Shown here piece by piece: positions 36,881 to 51,519 of a stretch of DNA of 64,000 bases (position 1 is the stretch's first letter; each line of letters starts with the position of its first letter). The translations under genes were made by a program, and so were the position numbers. The DNA comes from Eledone cirrhosa (Eukaryota). The notes beneath the pieces were generated by a model. The model did no database searches. It was not told where the DNA came from and was given only the letters and a program-made list of their open reading frames with translations. Location: assembly GCA_964016885.1 (NCBI GenBank), contig OZ024742.1:364250001-364314000 (forward strand), in the 5' to 3' direction.

Positions 36881-39800
36881 GAATGCCATGGTTGACGGAG
36901 GCTCGGCTCTGTAAGGTATAGTAATTTTTAACCGTTAAAACAATTGTAAATTGTTTAAAACTTGAACCAAATTGTTGATAAAGACACCCTCCTCCTCGTG
37001 AGAGGGGTCTTTCTGTCCGTTATATGGCCCTTCGGGGCTAAATAACCAGTTATTGGGGTTTTGTACCCAATATTCATTTTAAACAAAAAAACAACATGGC
37101 TACGAAAAAGAAATTTCATACGTCACTCCCACTCATTCCGTCTTCTTCTTCCTCAATCATCACTACAGCAGAGAGAAGATTGTCTCTCTCCCTCCCTTCT
37201 CTTTCGCAAGTGACGAAAGAAAAGAAAAGTCTCGTGCAAAGCGTGCAAGGTTTCTCCACGACGACGACGACAGCGACGAAACAGGTGTGCGGGAAATACG
37301 AAAACCCAGTTCATTCGTCTGACGTCAGGAATAATAGCAGTAGCAGCCGTAATAACAACAGCAACAGTGACAATGAAAACAACAGTAGCAGCCGCAACAG
37401 CATCACCAGCAGCATAAACAACAACAGCATTAGCAGCAGCAACACCAACAACAACCACAGCAACAGCGGCGGAGGCAGTAGTCGTAGTACCTGCAGCAAC
37501 AACAAAAGTACCAGCAGCTCTGACGACAACAACAACAGCAGAGAAAAACCAATCTCATTTGCAGGTATTGCGAAAAACTTGGAAACAATCCTCATAACAA
37601 ATGAGGAATTAGAGGAAGCGAAGAAGATGGTGACAAAGAACGGACACCGAGCAATCTGCAAGGCAGCGGAAAAATTTTTCGAAACCCAAGAGCACTGTAC
37701 GGTCACGTACCGTACAGTAAGTACAAAATCCCGTAGGGTGGAAAGAGCCACAGAGGCCCAAATACAAAAAGCCTTGGGGTCTGTGTGGCAGCGGAAAACG
37801 CACATCACCCGAGGCAAAAAATATGCCACCGTAGACGTACTTTTTGCCACACCCCAGGAGGCAAAGGCCCAATCAGGAGTGACCTTAAGGAGCGAGGAAA
37901 TGGTGTTGGTGCCCTCCTACTGTGGGCAAAAAATTGTGAGGGTCAAACTGACCCACGTCCCCCCCGAATGACCCCTTCTTGGCTGGCCGCGTCTGTCCTC
38001 GTCGGAATCGAGGACAAAACAACTGTACTGCAAGTACAGAAAAAAGTAAGAGAAGATTGGGTCGGCTCCTCCATTGAGATGCTAATCCAAACCAACCAGG
38101 AGTGCATCGAAGCTATCCCGGATGTGATAGACTTCGATAACGGCACTCAACTGCCCATAAGTGTTAAGGGCAAACGCCCGAAATGCTTTCGCTGTGGATC
38201 GAAGACTCACCTCAGGGCCTTCTGCAACGAGAAGACCCTGAGAAAGGAGAAAACCCCCCTCCTTCCGAATCCGGCTCCACGGCTACCAGCAACAGGACAA
38301 GCGGCAACCAGGAACGATAGGCCCGTGGCACCCATACCCACTTCACGGAAATCAAAAACAGCAGCAGCAGTGGAAATACTAACACAACAGCAATACCAAA
38401 TGCAGCTGCAACAGAGACTCCAGTGCAAACATCACCAACAACAACAAGTGAAAGAGTGGAGCTGGTACCCCTCCCCGACCTCACAGAATCAGACATGGAG
38501 TGTGAGGTGGGAGAGAGATGGCAAAAGGTCGTAAGAAGGCACAAACGCAGAAGCAGCGCATCGTCGCCTTTGAAAAGGGAGGAAAGAAATGAGAAAAGGG
38601 TAAAGTCTACTGCAAAGAGACCCACAGCAGCAACAACACCAACACCGTCACCACCGACACTAGCACCACCATCACCACCGGCGACAACACCACCGCCAAC
38701 AACACCTTCAACACCACCACCACAAGCACCAACATCGCACACACAACAACAAAACACACACACCCAGCAACAACGACAAGAAAATAGCAGAACCACACCC
38801 CACCCCCAGAAAAACAAATGCACGGCAATAAATACACACAACAATAATCTAATGACTTACATAATTGAACACACAGACATTTCACAACAGGACTACATAA
38901 TACCAGCACCAATCAAAACGCCAACTAACATAAGACTGCTAAAAATAGCACAGAAACAATACACAAATATTAAAACGAAATTCCCCAACGCAGTTGGTGA
39001 TTTCAGGGACCTAGGAGGAACCATCAATCGAAGAGTATACTCAGACATTCTCTTAGAAGAACCGACGACCAGCCGAAGGGACGATTCAACGGTCCCTTCA
39101 CCAGACGATCAAGTGAAAAGGGATGTAAAAACCATCCCTCCTCTACCAAAAGTACGGTAAGTGGTCTTTCCCATCTTTTCCACTCTATTTTAAACATGAC
39201 CTCACTCAGAATAGGCAGCATAAATGCGCGTGGCTTGGGGTCGTCATGGAAGCAGGGTCACCTGCTCAACGACCTCAGGTCACTAAACATAGATGTAGTG
39301 GCCATCAGCGAGACCAGAATCTCCGAAGCACGGGCCTTCGCACCGATCTTCGGCGGCTACGATGTGTACGCATCTCCCAGCCGTCCTGGATCCGGTGGAG
39401 TTGTTGCTGTGCTTTTTCGGAGAGGTTTGGATCTCGCCATACGGGCCATCTTCCTGGACCCAGAGGGTAAGCTGGTGGTGCTGGACGTGACCAGCGGAGA
39501 CGGGCAAGCTTTCAGGCTAGTGGCCGTCTATGCCCCGACAGGAGCAGGGCGGCCTGATTTCTTCCGGCGTCTGGAGACCTTTCTTGGAACGTCCCGCTCT
39601 TTAGTGTTAGTGGGCGACTGGAACGGGATCTTAGATGCACGCTGGGACTGTGTGGGATTAGCGGATAGGGGTGGAGGGTGCAAGAGCCTCACCAACCTGC
39701 TCAGGCGTTTTGAACTGTCTGACAGGTACCGATTGGATTTCCCGAATGTGCCAATGTGGACTTGGACAAACCGCATAGGGTCATCCAGATCATATGTAGA

Positions 39801-42800
39801 TAGAGTATTTTGTAGGGAAATAGATAGGTCTAGCATAGGCTGTCCACAATTCAAGATAGTCAGCTACACGGACCACAAATTCGTGATCTGTGTGCTTGAC
39901 TTAGATAGGCTTCATAGACGAGGACCCGGCTACTGGAAGCTAAACGCGTCCTTACCAGCGCGCAAGGCCTACAGAGACCGGATTAGCGAACTAGTTAAGC
40001 GGGCGTTGACGGGGGCCATCGTCAACAACAAGTGGTGGTTTGCTCTGAAAAGAGCGATTAGAATAGAATCGATTAGGTTTAGTAAGGCTTTAGCAATAGA
40101 GAAAAATAGAGCAGAGGGAGAACTAGTTAGAAAATTAGACGAGGCGCTTAGCAAAGGCATTGCGACCGACGTGCTTGCGGCGAAATTGGCCCTTGACCAA
40201 TTCTTCAATGCAAAGCACGAAGGCTGCGTTGTCAGAGCTGGGGTGCGTGCTCTCAGACACGAGGGGACGAAAGCCGTCCAATGGGCCCGAGTGGCGGAGG
40301 CGCGTCGTGGCAACAAAGCCACGATCCGGTCTTTGGTGGACCACGACGGGCGCATGCTACTCGATCCCGGGAAAATGTGTGAAGCTTTTCAGCGACACTT
40401 CGCTCAGCTGTTCGGGGGCAGCGGTGGGCCGGGTAGAGGGATGGACTTTAGTGTCTACCTCGACAGACTGCCGCGGCTCTCGGCCACTGAGGCGAGGTGT
40501 TGCGAAAAGCCGATAACAGCCGCTGAAGTAAGGGAGGCAATGACTGGCTGCACAAGGGGTAAATCGCCTGGTTTGGATGGTCTGCCCTATGAACTTTACG
40601 TACAGATGCCAAACTTGTTCGGAGGCCTCTTGGCGGACGTCTACTGCAACTGGCAACAGAACGGGAGAATTCCCAGTTCTGTGAGCCGAGGAGCGGTGGC
40701 ACTGCTGAGAAAGGATCCGAACAAGGAGGATAACATAGAAAATTTCCGGCCCATAACTCTGCTAAACACAGAGTTTAAGATTTTGGCCAAGGTGCTAGCA
40801 AAGAGGTTGGCACTTGTCGTTGGTGGTCCGGTGGGAGAGGCGCAGACATGCGCCATTCCCGACAGATCCATCCACGACAACCTCCACCTCATGCGATACA
40901 TCGTAGAGAGGGTAGCTAGGGAACCTGGCACGGGTGGGTCCTTGATCAATTTAGATCAGTCGAAAGCTTTCGATAGGGTCGACCATCGTTACCTAGCGGC
41001 AGTCCTGAGGGCGGCTGGCTTTGGGCCCGTCCTCAGAGGCTGGATCGCTGCCATGCACAGCGACATCTGCTCTGTGGTGAGAGTGAACGGTCACCTGTCG
41101 GAACCGTTCAACATCATGCGCTCGGTCCGCCAAGGATTTCCCCTCTCGTCCCTCTTGTACGTATTGACTCTCGAGCCATTACTGCACAAACTGGAGACGT
41201 TGAGGGGAGTCCCGCGCGAACTAGGATGCGGAAGATCCGTGTCAGCATATGCGGACGATGTCACCGTAGTGGTGTCGAACGCCAAACACATCGAGGCGAT
41301 CGGCACTACACTAAGAGAATACGAAGCGGTGACAGGAGCAATGATCAACCAGGAAAAGTCAGTGGGCCTGCAGCTCGGCACCTGGAGAGGCAGGTCCATG
41401 CCGTCCAACAGCGTCGTCGGACGCTGGACGGACGGACCGGTTAAATTGCTAGGGGTCTGGTTCGGTCCGGACCTCCAGACGGACAAAAACTGGGACGAGG
41501 TGACGAGCAGGGTGGCTTCTCTCACCCAGAAATGGGCGGAGAGGAAGCTATAACTGAAAGGTCGAGCGGAGGTGGCTAACGCGTACATCGCGTCTGTCAT
41601 CTACTACCGCCTGACCGTCGTACCTTGTCCTAAGCCTCGCCTGACTGCGCTGGAGCGTTTGCTCTTTCGCTTTTTGTGGAAGGGACGTGCTCCGATGGTC
41701 AGGCGGTCCATCTGTTGTCAACACCCGCTACGTGGAGGGCTGGGCATGCCGTGGCTGATGATGCGCAGGCACGTGCTCAGGCTACGACATCTCCACCTCT
41801 TCCTCGACGGTGATCAGGTGTGGTCGCCGTTTGCTAGGCGCGTTTTTCCCCAGCTCGTTTCCTTGACGGAGCTGCAGTCCTGGGTCAAGCGAAGACCGAG
41901 AGGGAGCGCTTGGAGACTGGAATGTCTTCAGGCGCTCACAGCACTCGGCCAATCGGGCAATGTGATCGGTGGAAACTCCACCTCGGCGTTCTATAGAGGA
42001 TTAGTGGAGGGGAAGAGCGACGACGTACTTGGGGAAACTCTAGGCGTCGACGAAAATCAACTAGCCAATCTCTTCGGAAGAACTTTCGGGCCAGGGCCTA
42101 TGGACAACTTCCAGAAATCTCTGGCCTGGCAGTGCTACCGAGGAGCCTTGCCAGTTCGGGATAAACTCTACAGGCATGGAGGTGCCGTCAGCCGGGCATG
42201 TCCGAGATGCGCGCAGGGCGACGAAACCGTCCTGCACGCACTCGTCCAGTGTCCGAAAATTGCTGACTTGTGGGTTTATGTCTAACACCTGCTGTCGCGT
42301 TTAGGACGGATCCGGCTATCATCTGAGTCCATCGTGAGGATTGCCCCGCCCTCCTCCTTTAGCCGGGAAGGGCAGGCAGTTTTTTTCTGCCTGGTGGCCA
42401 TGGTGAAAGAGATAGTATGGTGGACACGTTTGAAAGGGCTGAAGACGAGCACTTACCTCTTCGGTGATGCTCTGATTGACTTTTTCAAATTTCATTTGAA
42501 AAGGAAAATCAGAGTAGAGAGGGAAGTGCTCTCTTCCCAGCATTTTGTTGAAAGATGGGTGAGAGAAGCAAGAATGGCCCGATTGAATGGGCCTACTCTG
42601 AGTATATATCTGTAAATTAAAGGTGGAAAACTGGGAGAGGGCACTTGCCTTGGTGGTCAGGGTCATTGTGGCTTTTTACTGGGCTTTCTCCACAAATGTC
42701 CCTCCGAAGTCCCCCCCCTATTGGGGAATTTTTTTTCATTGTTATTTTCATTCTTATTTTTGTTACATCCTCTGTTTTGGTTTTTACACGCAGAAATGCC

Positions 42801-42878
42801 CATTTGTACCGTCCTGCATTGTCCTGCACTGTCCTTAATGTCTACTTTATGTAAACCCTTGTGGTTAATAAAGAAATC
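36881..42878 (+). mobile_element. Full-length Tx1-clade LINE, copy C (tandem to B)
   Basis: Same 5' end as copy B; ORF1 37096-39160 frameshifted; ORF2 39196-42615 with stops at 41551 and 42283. Confidence 0.93.
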
Positions 42879-42902
42879 ATTATTATTATTATTATTATTA
42901 TT

Positions 42903-45900
42903 GTTATTGTTATTCCTTGAATCTCAGTCATTGATGTTGGTTAACTGGAAAGTCTGTTGGATTGAATATCAAGCCACTACCTGCAGCCTCAGATATTCAG
43001 GACGTATCGGAGGGTTCTTGCTGTTCCAAGCAAGCATGCCTTTTGAAGTGTTCCAAAAAGCGTGAAGGGGCCGATTTTCTTCAACCATCCCTGGAAACCT
43101 TTGGAGATAGTCCCCAGTGCGCCTATGACAATCGGGATCACTTTGACTTCATGGCAGTTCCAAATCCTTTTCACCTCCCACTTTAGGTCCTGGTATCGGT
43201 TAATTTTCTCCCTCTCCTTCTCTTGCACTCTCGTGTCGAACGGGCAGGCCACATCCACAATCAGGCACGATCTTTTTTCTTTGTCCACAACCACCAGGTC
43301 AGGTCTATTGTGTTCCAGTTTTTTGTCCGTCTGTATCCTAAAATCCCACAGCACCTTCACCTGACTGTTCTCCATCACCGCCTCTGGCCTATGCTCATAC
43401 CATTTCTCACAATGTGGTAGATTGTTTACTTTGCACAGGTGCCAGTGGATCACCCTGCCCATCACATCGTGTCTCCAGCCCTTATAGTGGGTCTGGGCTA
43501 GGTGTTTACACTCGGACACAATGTGAGCCACAGTCTCCTCTCTCTCTCCACAGATCCTGCACAGTGGGCTAGCCTCCTCCTTGTAAATATGGTGCTTCAA
43601 CCACTTCGCTTTGAGGGCCTGCTCCTGCGCAGCCATTATCATTCCTTCTGTAGCCTTTTTGAGGTCTCCTCTTCTCAACCAGTTCCATGTCTGTGGATCT
43701 CTAAATTCAGTTTTCTCAAAGAAGGTACTATGAAGGGATTTTCCCTTAAGGCTGCTCTTCCTCCTTGATGTTATTTCCTCCTTGGACATCCCCTGGCCTA
43801 CTGTCCCCTCCTTCAGTACAGTTCTGAGCATTGGCTCCTTACTATCAGTCACGTATTTGTATAGGTTGTTTTTCTCCATCTGAACACAGTCCTCTATGCT
43901 GATAAGACCTCTTCCACCCTCAGATCTCCTTAGGTAGAGTCTATCGACATCACTCCTCTTGTGGAACATGTTGTAGATAGTCAATAGCTTCCTAGTCTTC
44001 CTATCCATTTCTTTTTGTTCAGCAACATTCCATCTCAGAATTCCCGCACTGTACCTAATAATAGACACAGCTCGGGAATTTACTGCGCTTATGGCATTTC
44101 TGCTGTTCAGATGTGACTTCAATACGCTCCTTACTCTCCGAATGTATTCAGTTCTTAACAATTCCTTCATTTTTTTGTTCTTTATGCCATCAACCTCCAG
44201 AACGCCCAAATATTTGTATCCTTCCTCAGAGTCAATTTCCTTTATCATCTCACCTGTTGGTATCTGGATCCCGTTACTTCTGCTCAACCTACCCCTCCTC
44301 ATCACAATCACTCCACATTTACCAATACCAAACTTCATACATATATCACTGCTGAAAATACGGACAGTGTCAACAAGCACATCCAACTCCTTCTCACTTT
44401 TCCCGAAGAGCTTAAGATCGTCCATGAAGAGGAGGTGATTGATGGTAAGCTCTCCCCTTCCCAACTTGTATCCTGCTCTCACTTTTCGCAGCATTATGGT
44501 CAAGGGCATCAGGGAAAGGACAAACAACAGAGGGGACAGGCTATCTCCCTGGAAGATACCTCTCTTGATCTTCCCGCTTCCCAAGGATACTCCAGTTAAT
44601 GTCAACTCTGTCTCCCAGGACCCCATACTCCTGCCTAGCAACTGTCTGATGTTATCTGCCACCCTGAAGATCTCCAGGCTTTTGGTGATCCAAGAATGAG
44701 GCACCATGTCAAATGCCTTTCTGTAGTCTATCCATCCCATGGCAAGATCAGTGTGTCTCCTCCTGCAATTCCCCATTACCATCTTATCAATAAGTAACTG
44801 GTCCTTTGTACCACGTGACTTCTTTCGGCATCCTTTCTGTTCGTCCGGTAACAAGTTGTTTGTGTGGAGGTGATGGTAGATTTCCTCAGACACAATGCTC
44901 GTCAACAGTTTCCACATTACGGACAGACATATGATAGGTCTATAGTTGGTAACATCATTACCCTTGATTCGGTCTTTCATTATCAGAACTGTGGTACCTT
45001 TTGTCAACCACTCTGGCACCTCACCCGACACCAAGCAGTCATTGAACATGGCCGTCAGCTTCGGGTGGAGGGATGTTAAATGTTTAATCCAATACCCCTG
45101 CACACCATCTGGGCCTGGTGATTTCCAGTTGGTTAGTTTTTTGGCCTGCCCCCTAAGAGTTTCAACTGTGATACTCAAATCAGTCTGTTGATGTGCCTGC
45201 TCACCGATCTCCCTCTGTACTGTCTCAATCCACCCTGCCTGGACATTATGTCTAACACCCTGCTCCCATATTCCTCTCCAGAATGTTTTAGTTTGCTCCG
45301 CCCCAGGGATCAAGTCGTTGCCTCTTTCTTTCCCCTCAAGCTGTCCAAACAGCATCTTCTGGTTGTTGTCGAACATGCGGTTCTGTTTATACTGACTGAC
45401 TCTGTTCTCGTATCGCCTGATTTTTGCACTCTTTGCTACAATGCGTTGCTTCAGTTCCTCTATGATAATATTTAGCTTTTTCCTCCTAGTTTTGTATTTT
45501 ATTTCCAGTCTATTTTTAGTGCCTATGTTTTTTAGTGTCCCATTCAGTAGTGACTCAAGCTTTCCTATGTCATTTCTCATTTCCCCGATTTGCCCACTCA
45601 GTCGCTTCTTCCACCACGGCTCTGCTCTTTCTTGTCTGTTGTTTCCTCTCGCTTTTATACCAAGTAGTTTCCTCACCGTATTTGCTGTTGCTTTGAGGAT
45701 ATTGTTGCACTGGTGAAGGCTCCTCGCCTCAAGGTATGGGATGACTTTGTTTACCTTAGCTGTTGTTTCTTTTAACTTTTTCCTGTCTACAAATCTTAGG
45801 TTCATAGGTCTCCCACTATCATTGTTCAATTCATCTACCACTAAATTTAGGATGTCAACCGAATCTTGTCCTAGCCCGTCAGCATTCATCTCCTCAGTGG

Positions 45901-46544
45901 CCGTATCTCTGTTCCAGGTATTATTTATCTCAGTATTCAGATCATTGTCTGCTTCGGGTGGTTCCTCCGTTCTCAGGACCTCTTCACCTTCATTTCCCAC
46001 TGGCTCGCTTGTCTGGCATACTACACCCGCCATCTCCAAGCCATTCTCTCTGCTCAGTTCCTCCAGTTCCAGCTCGCTTATCCACCCATTAGTTCTTATT
46101 ACCCGAGCCTGCCCGGCCAATTTTTGTTCATCTAATTTAAATAAACCAATCTCGTTCCAGATGTTATGCATCCGTCTCCTGTAGCCCCTCTCATTGGGGT
46201 TACTTTTCAGGTAACATTGCATAACAGTTCTATTCAATTCTTTCGTCCAGTTGGTTCTGGCCCCTTTCCTTCTTCTCCTTCCTCCAACATCAGCAGTATT
46301 TGGTTGACTGTCAGGTTCCTGCTGCTGAGCCAGGGGGCACCTGTTGGGTGAGAGTCTGTCACATGACGTTCTAGCCTCCATTTCACCGTTATTCGAACTG
46401 TTTATGTTCGATATTTAAACACTCTTATCGAGGATTGGCGAATGTATGGTTACATAGCCATCTGTGGATCCGCCATCCCACTTGGCCCTTGTGTGGCATT
46501 ATCACCACGCTGTATACGAACACACATAAACAAACAAACACACA
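42903..46544 (-). mobile_element. Full-length R4/Dong family B element, potentially active
   Basis: ~160-nt 5'UTR, single intact ORF, short 3'UTR, and (TAA)n on both sides. Confidence 0.95.
42989..46381 (-). CDS. Dong/R4 RT-REL polyprotein, intact 1130 aa
   Basis: [90 protein letters not shown]. Confidence 0.95.
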   Translation of the reverse strand: MEARTSCDRLSPNRCPLAQQQEPDSQPNTADVGGRRRRKGARTNWTKELNRTVMQCYLKSNPNERGYRRRMHNIWNEIGLFKLDEQKLAGQARVIRTNGWISELELEELSRENGLEMAGVVCQTSEPVGNEGEEVLRTEEPPEADNDLNTEINNTWNRDTATEEMNADGLGQDSVDILNLVVDELNNDSGRPMNLRFVDRKKLKETTAKVNKVIPYLEARSLHQCNNILKATANTVRKLLGIKARGNNRQERAEPWWKKRLSGQIGEMRNDIGKLESLLNGTLKNIGTKNRLEIKYKTRRKKLNIIIEELKQRIVAKSAKIRRYENRVSQYKQNRMFDNNQKMLFGQLEGKERGNDLIPGAEQTKTFWRGIWEQGVRHNVQAGWIETVQREIGEQAHQQTDLSITVETLRGQAKKLTNWKSPGPDGVQGYWIKHLTSLHPKLTAMFNDCLVSGEVPEWLTKGTTVLIMKDRIKGNDVTNYRPIICLSVMWKLLTSIVSEEIYHHLHTNNLLPDEQKGCRKKSRGTKDQLLIDKMVMGNCRRRHTDLAMGWIDYRKAFDMVPHSWITKSLEIFRVADNIRQLLGRSMGSWETELTLTGVSLGSGKIKRGIFQGDSLSPLLFVLSLMPLTIMLRKVRAGYKLGRGELTINHLLFMDDLKLFGKSEKELDVLVDTVRIFSSDICMKFGIGKCGVIVMRRGRLSRSNGIQIPTGEMIKEIDSEEGYKYLGVLEVDGIKNKKMKELLRTEYIRRVRSVLKSHLNSRNAISAVNSRAVSIIRYSAGILRWNVAEQKEMDRKTRKLLTIYNMFHKRSDVDRLYLRRSEGGRGLISIEDCVQMEKNNLYKYVTDSKEPMLRTVLKEGTVGQGMSKEEITSRRKSSLKGKSLHSTFFEKTEFRDPQTWNWLRRGDLKKATEGMIMAAQEQALKAKWLKHHIYKEEASPLCRICGEREETVAHIVSECKHLAQTHYKGWRHDVMGRVIHWHLCKVNNLPHCEKWYEHRPEAVMENSQVKVLWDFRIQTDKKLEHNRPDLVVVDKEKRSCLIVDVACPFDTRVQEKEREKINRYQDLKWEVKRIWNCHEVKVIPIVIGALGTISKGFQGWLKKIGPFTLFGTLQKACLLGTARTLRYVLNI

Positions 46545-46587
<43 letters not shown>

Positions 46588-46625
46588 ATACGTATGTGTA
46601 TGTCTATGTATATGTATATATGTAT

Positions 46626-46805
<180 letters not shown>

Positions 46806-46889
46806 ATATATATATTTTTTTTTTATTCTTTTTTTTTCTCGTGCAATGGCCATACGCGACAACGAGGGGGCAGCCATCATATACATATG

Positions 46890-47586
46890 TATATATCTTT
46901 GTAGGCATGCGTGGGCCTGCATATGAATATGCGCATATTTGTAAGAGGTGTGTGTGAGCGAGTCTGTATCTGTGCCTGTATATGGGCATGTAGGCAGGCG
47001 TCTGTGTATGCTTATGTCTATGGTTTTTTTTATATGTTCTCCTTAAGTGTGTGTGTATAGCGGGAGTCTCTGCGTACGGATGTTGTTATCTATCTGATTG
47101 TGTGTGTGTGTGTGTGTGTGTGCGTGTGTGTGTGTGTGTGTGTGTGCGTGTGTGTATATGTGTGTGTGAGTGCGCGCGTGGACATGTGAACTACCAAAGC
47201 CAGTAGTAAATCATCGAAGTGTGGCAGAAAGGGACAGCTGATGGTCAGTAGAATTCACACCTGTTGGTCAGATTTACGATGACGTAGAAAAGCAGCAGCC
47301 AATAACAGGACGCGCGAAGAGGATGTTTTTGACGCTCACACCTCAGTGAAAGATTTTGCTCCGAAATCATTAGACGTGTCCGTCGAACCTGCAGATCCAG
47401 AATCAGACAGATCCACACAATGACCGCGTCTCGAGTTGTTCGCCGGCGAAACGATTGTAACACACAATAAATTGAGTTCAGACGCATCAGTGATTTTTCG
47501 TTTCATATTATTTCATACTCCTCTCTGTAAGATCATAGAGTGCTCAACCGGCATACCGCTTACAGAAGCTTCTTAGCTACCTTCAG

Positions 47587-47590
<4 letters not shown>
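46890..47590 (+). mobile_element. Distal part of the inverted arm of the 10912-13898 Penelope element
   Basis: Reverse complement of ~10915-11720; includes a hammerhead-like 3' half GAAA-CGATTG-TA followed by AATAAA. Confidence 0.75.
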
Positions 47591-47673
<83 letters not shown>

Positions 47674-47844
47674 TCAATTAAGTATCTTTCTGAAATACTG
47701 AGCAGGTTTGAAATTAGAAAATAGAATAGCTTTCACCGTATTTTTGACTAAAGGAATTTTAGCCTGATAATGGGGTCTAGAACCCTCAGATAAATAGAAA
47801 AAGATGAGTATTGACGTACATATATATATATATATATATATATA

Positions 47845-48732
47845 CCAATTTCCAGGACTGATGTCACGAAAGATTTATTTCAAAACCAAACTTCACACTA
47901 AGAGTTTTATCTTTCAAAGTAATCCCCTTGGAGTCGAATGCACTTTTCCATCCTTTTCTGCCGCGCTTGGATGCACTCCTGGAAGGATTCTTCCGGGATC
48001 CTCCGCAGTTCCGTCGTCACGGTCTTTTTGATGTCGTCCACTTCTCAAAACGAGTCCCCTCCGGGTCGTACTCGAAGAAAAATCCATGACTCGTCACCGG
48101 CGATGACTGTCCCTAGCAAGTTTCGTTCGGCTTTAAGACGCTCGAGGATGTCTTGGCACACTTGCATGCGTCGACCCTTCTGGTCATCGTTCAGCAGTTT
48201 TGGCACCATCTTCGCGCAGACTTTCCGCATGTCCAAATCTTCAGTGAGAATCTTCCACACGCTGTCCCGATTCATGCCCAGCTCATTTGCCATCAGTCGA
48301 ACAGTCAGCCGACGATCGCTACGCACCATCTGCCTGACGCGCTCAACGTTGACCTCAGTCCTGGTTGTTGAGGGCCTTCCACTGCTGGCGTCATCTTCCA
48401 CGTACTCGCGTTCTTCTTTAAACCTTTTGCACCACTCAAAAACACGTGAGCGTGACATCGTCTCATCTCCATACACTTGCTGCAGCGAGGTTTTCCCAAC
48501 CGTACCAGAAATTTCAAGTTTATTCGTTGCTCTGTGCTCATTGCTTGACGACCTGAAACAGAGTACATGAATATAAAATTATGAAGAAAAAAGTTTGATC
48601 GCTGCAGATAGCTAAGATTACAGTTCCGTACTCCAGGTGGATTTCTTTGAAGGAGAAAACTCTTAGTGTGAATTAGGGTTTGAAATAAATCTTTTGTGAC
48701 ATCAGTCCTGGAACTTCTCTGACACACCTCAT
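47845..48732 (-). mobile_element. Internally deleted mariner (DD34D-type) transposon
   Basis: TIR TTCCAGGACTGATGTCAC(G/A)AAAGATTTATTT at both ends; transposase remnants [35 protein letters not shown] and a C-terminal GDYFE; inserted in (TA)n. Confidence 0.9.
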
Positions 48733-48748
48733 ATATATATATATATAA

Positions 48749-48845
<97 letters not shown>

Positions 48846-48890
48846 TATATAAATATATATATGTGTGTGCATGTATGTATATATATATAT

Positions 48891-48973
48891 AGTAATAATA
48901 ATAAATTTGAAGATCCCGTTAAGGGTGAAAGCAGCGATTCTTTGCTTAAACTTTAATCTGTTATTTTAATAAA

Positions 48974-48975
<2 letters not shown>
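48891..48975. mobile_element. Collapsed H2 PLE remnant
   Basis: Minus-strand terminus AGTAATAATAATAAATTTGAAG joined through GAAG to plus-strand ATCCCGTTAAGGGTGAAAGCAGCG.. Confidence 0.6.
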
Positions 48976-49021
<46 letters not shown>

Positions 49022-49994
49022 CATATGTTAATATCAATGTTTGTCCAAGGCAGCATACATGTTCGTGTGTATATGTGATAGGGAAAATCTTGTGTCTGTC
49101 TCTATCTATTCTTCATGTTTCATTACTGTTGTTCAGAAAACATCAAATATTTACATTTTCAATATATTAATATTATGTTGTAAATATTAGGTTAAATATC
49201 AGTAAATATTAGGTTAACTAATAAACTGTTTGGTTTGTATAGAGCAAAGTTTATATAACCGTCAGTTAAATAACATAATCGATGGATATGAAAAAATATC
49301 GGATTTTTGCTGCATATTGATTTTGATGGATATTTACAATTCTATAATCAGAAGCCATATGTTATGTGCTATTGATTTCTATTATATTAAATCCGATATT
49401 TAGGCTTAAATTCATATGATAATTTTTGTTAAATAAATAAGAAGTTTTATCATATAAGAAATTAAGGCAATTATTCTCCGAATGAATGTATTTTTTAAGG
49501 AATATATGTGACGAAAATGGTGACGATAGGCAGAATGTTTAGGAGGTCGGGTATAATGTTTTGCTGTATTTATTCTGCATTTAATTTGCTTTGACTTTAA
49601 ATACCGAGGTTGATACTAATGTATCAATTAAGTTGTAATTAAATCGATTATTCCTCTATATTTCTAAATCTCTCACTTGTTTTCTCCCAATTTTCCTCTC
49701 TCTTCTTGAAGATATTAGCTGTAGTTTATACGTTGGGATCAACGACTTCCATCAGGTTATATCATTTAACAGACATCTTATATTACTAACGCCTTCCAAA
49801 CACTCATTAAGGAATTAAGTAGCATACCATGCCATATCTTATGTATCAAATGTTTTCTACTTCATGTTTGTCTTTAATGGCAATATCACATATTTTATAA
49901 AATGATAGGGTGTGCTATGAAACATGTCTAGCTGCTATCTGTGGAGACATATTGTACCAAACATCGTTCCACCCTTTTTCATATACAGGCCAAC

Positions 49995-50115
49995 CACAAA
50001 ATGACAAGTTACGGCGAGGTATTAAAAATGTGACGGTATTTTTCCAGCTCACCTCTGAGTTCAAATTTGCCAAGGTCAACATTGCCTTCACTCTTCAGAA
50101 AATAATGTACCAGTC
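49995..50115 (+). mobile_element. Degraded tRNA-derived SINE
   Basis: CTGAGTTCAAATTTGCCAAGGTCAACATTGCCTTCA resembles the reverse complement of 51595-51635. Confidence 0.45.
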
Positions 50116-50905
50116 TTTATTCTGTCAGATCTTTATTTTAACTTCCTTCATACTTTGAAATTGATGTGCTCCTCCAGGTTTGAAATAGCAAAGATGACGG
50201 ATGTAAGGTCGGTGTCCATGTAACTCAGTTATGGGTCATTTGCCTTTAACTCTTTTTAAACTATAAGAGTTTGTTTGATATATGGTATTTACGTCATCAG
50301 CACCACCACTAACACATCACCCACAACCATCACCACAACCATCTTACATATTTCATTTATTCACCTCCGTTTTCTTGTTGCTTAATCTACACTTACATAT
50401 CTTTCATTGTGAGAAAATAATTATTACAACACTAAATGTTGTATATTTGAACTTTAATACTGACAGCAAAACAAAAATAATAATTGTATTTATATAAGTT
50501 ATTATAAAATATAACGAATCATAGTTGTTCAAACTTGGAAATACATTCATCAACATGGAGATATGTCACACGGACTGACACGGGTGAAAGCCGAATGTTT
50601 TACATATTATACAATTAAAATATAGCAATTTTGAGCTTGAAGCTTCTGGCATAGCATAAATTAATTAAGAAATAAATTATTCAGAAAGTAATTAAATTTC
50701 AATTTTAATTTCCTTTAACTGAAATTATGGAAACTGAATTCAATCCCAAAATATGAATAAAATATAAATTCTTAATTCATTTATGAATCTATGGAACCCC
50801 ACCAAACAGGTGTTCTACCCCAGAGACTGCAGTTTTGAGCGAGTGAGACATATGTTAATGTAATGGAAAGCATCTCCGTCGTTTTCGAAGATGAATGTTC
50901 TAGAT

Positions 50906-51220
50906 CAGCAGTCGCCAAGCGGTGATCCGAGAGAAATTTTTCGACATGATTTGCAATTAATAATAAAACAAAAATAAGATTCGGTTCAAATGTATTTCTC
51001 CTCAGTAAGAAGCTAACATCCATGAAAGAACTTTACACATGTGTATCATCTTCGAGAATATGACACACATAGGCTTCAGTATTGTTTAATAAAATGGAAG
51101 TTCTCAGATCATTATTTTACAAATGTATTTATCTTTTTAAAGAAATTCTTCTTAGTGGTCCACAGTATTTAGAATTATGAATTTAGTGGTCTGTGATGTC
51201 CGAACGTTTGGCGAGCGCTG
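50906..51220. mobile_element. Non-autonomous hAT (Charlie/Buster-like) MITE
   Basis: Imperfect TIRs CAGCAGTCGCCAA / TTGGCGAGCGCTG; perfect 8-bp TSD TTCTAGAT at 50898-50905 and 51221-51228. Confidence 0.85.
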
Positions 51221-51519
51221 TTCTAGATGTCCAATCAATGCTACAGGTTTCTCGTAAGCGTAATGTGTAAGTTATTAGACATTTGACATGTTTATACATA
51301 ACAGAATTATCAGGTATATTCCCTGTGACTCTCTGACAAGGTTGCCGTGCTGAATGACAGGTACAGTCAGTCTTGTGTTATAGTGATAGCGGTTGAGTAT
51401 TCTACAGACATGTTTACCATGCCTGTAGAATACTCACACACTGTGACAATGCTGGTACTTTCAATTACAGATATAATCCATCTGACGAACTTGCAACAGT
51501 TTCCTTCCATATCATATAA

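Noticed and set aside
46385-46544. HDV-like ribozyme in the Dong 5'UTR
   Set aside because: TCCTCG is present, but no convincing P3, P1.1 or J4/2 could be assigned by eye.
47220-47470. Complete hammerhead in this PLE arm
   Set aside because: Only the GAAA-CGATTG-TA half is visible; no matching CTGANGA with a complementary stem I was found.
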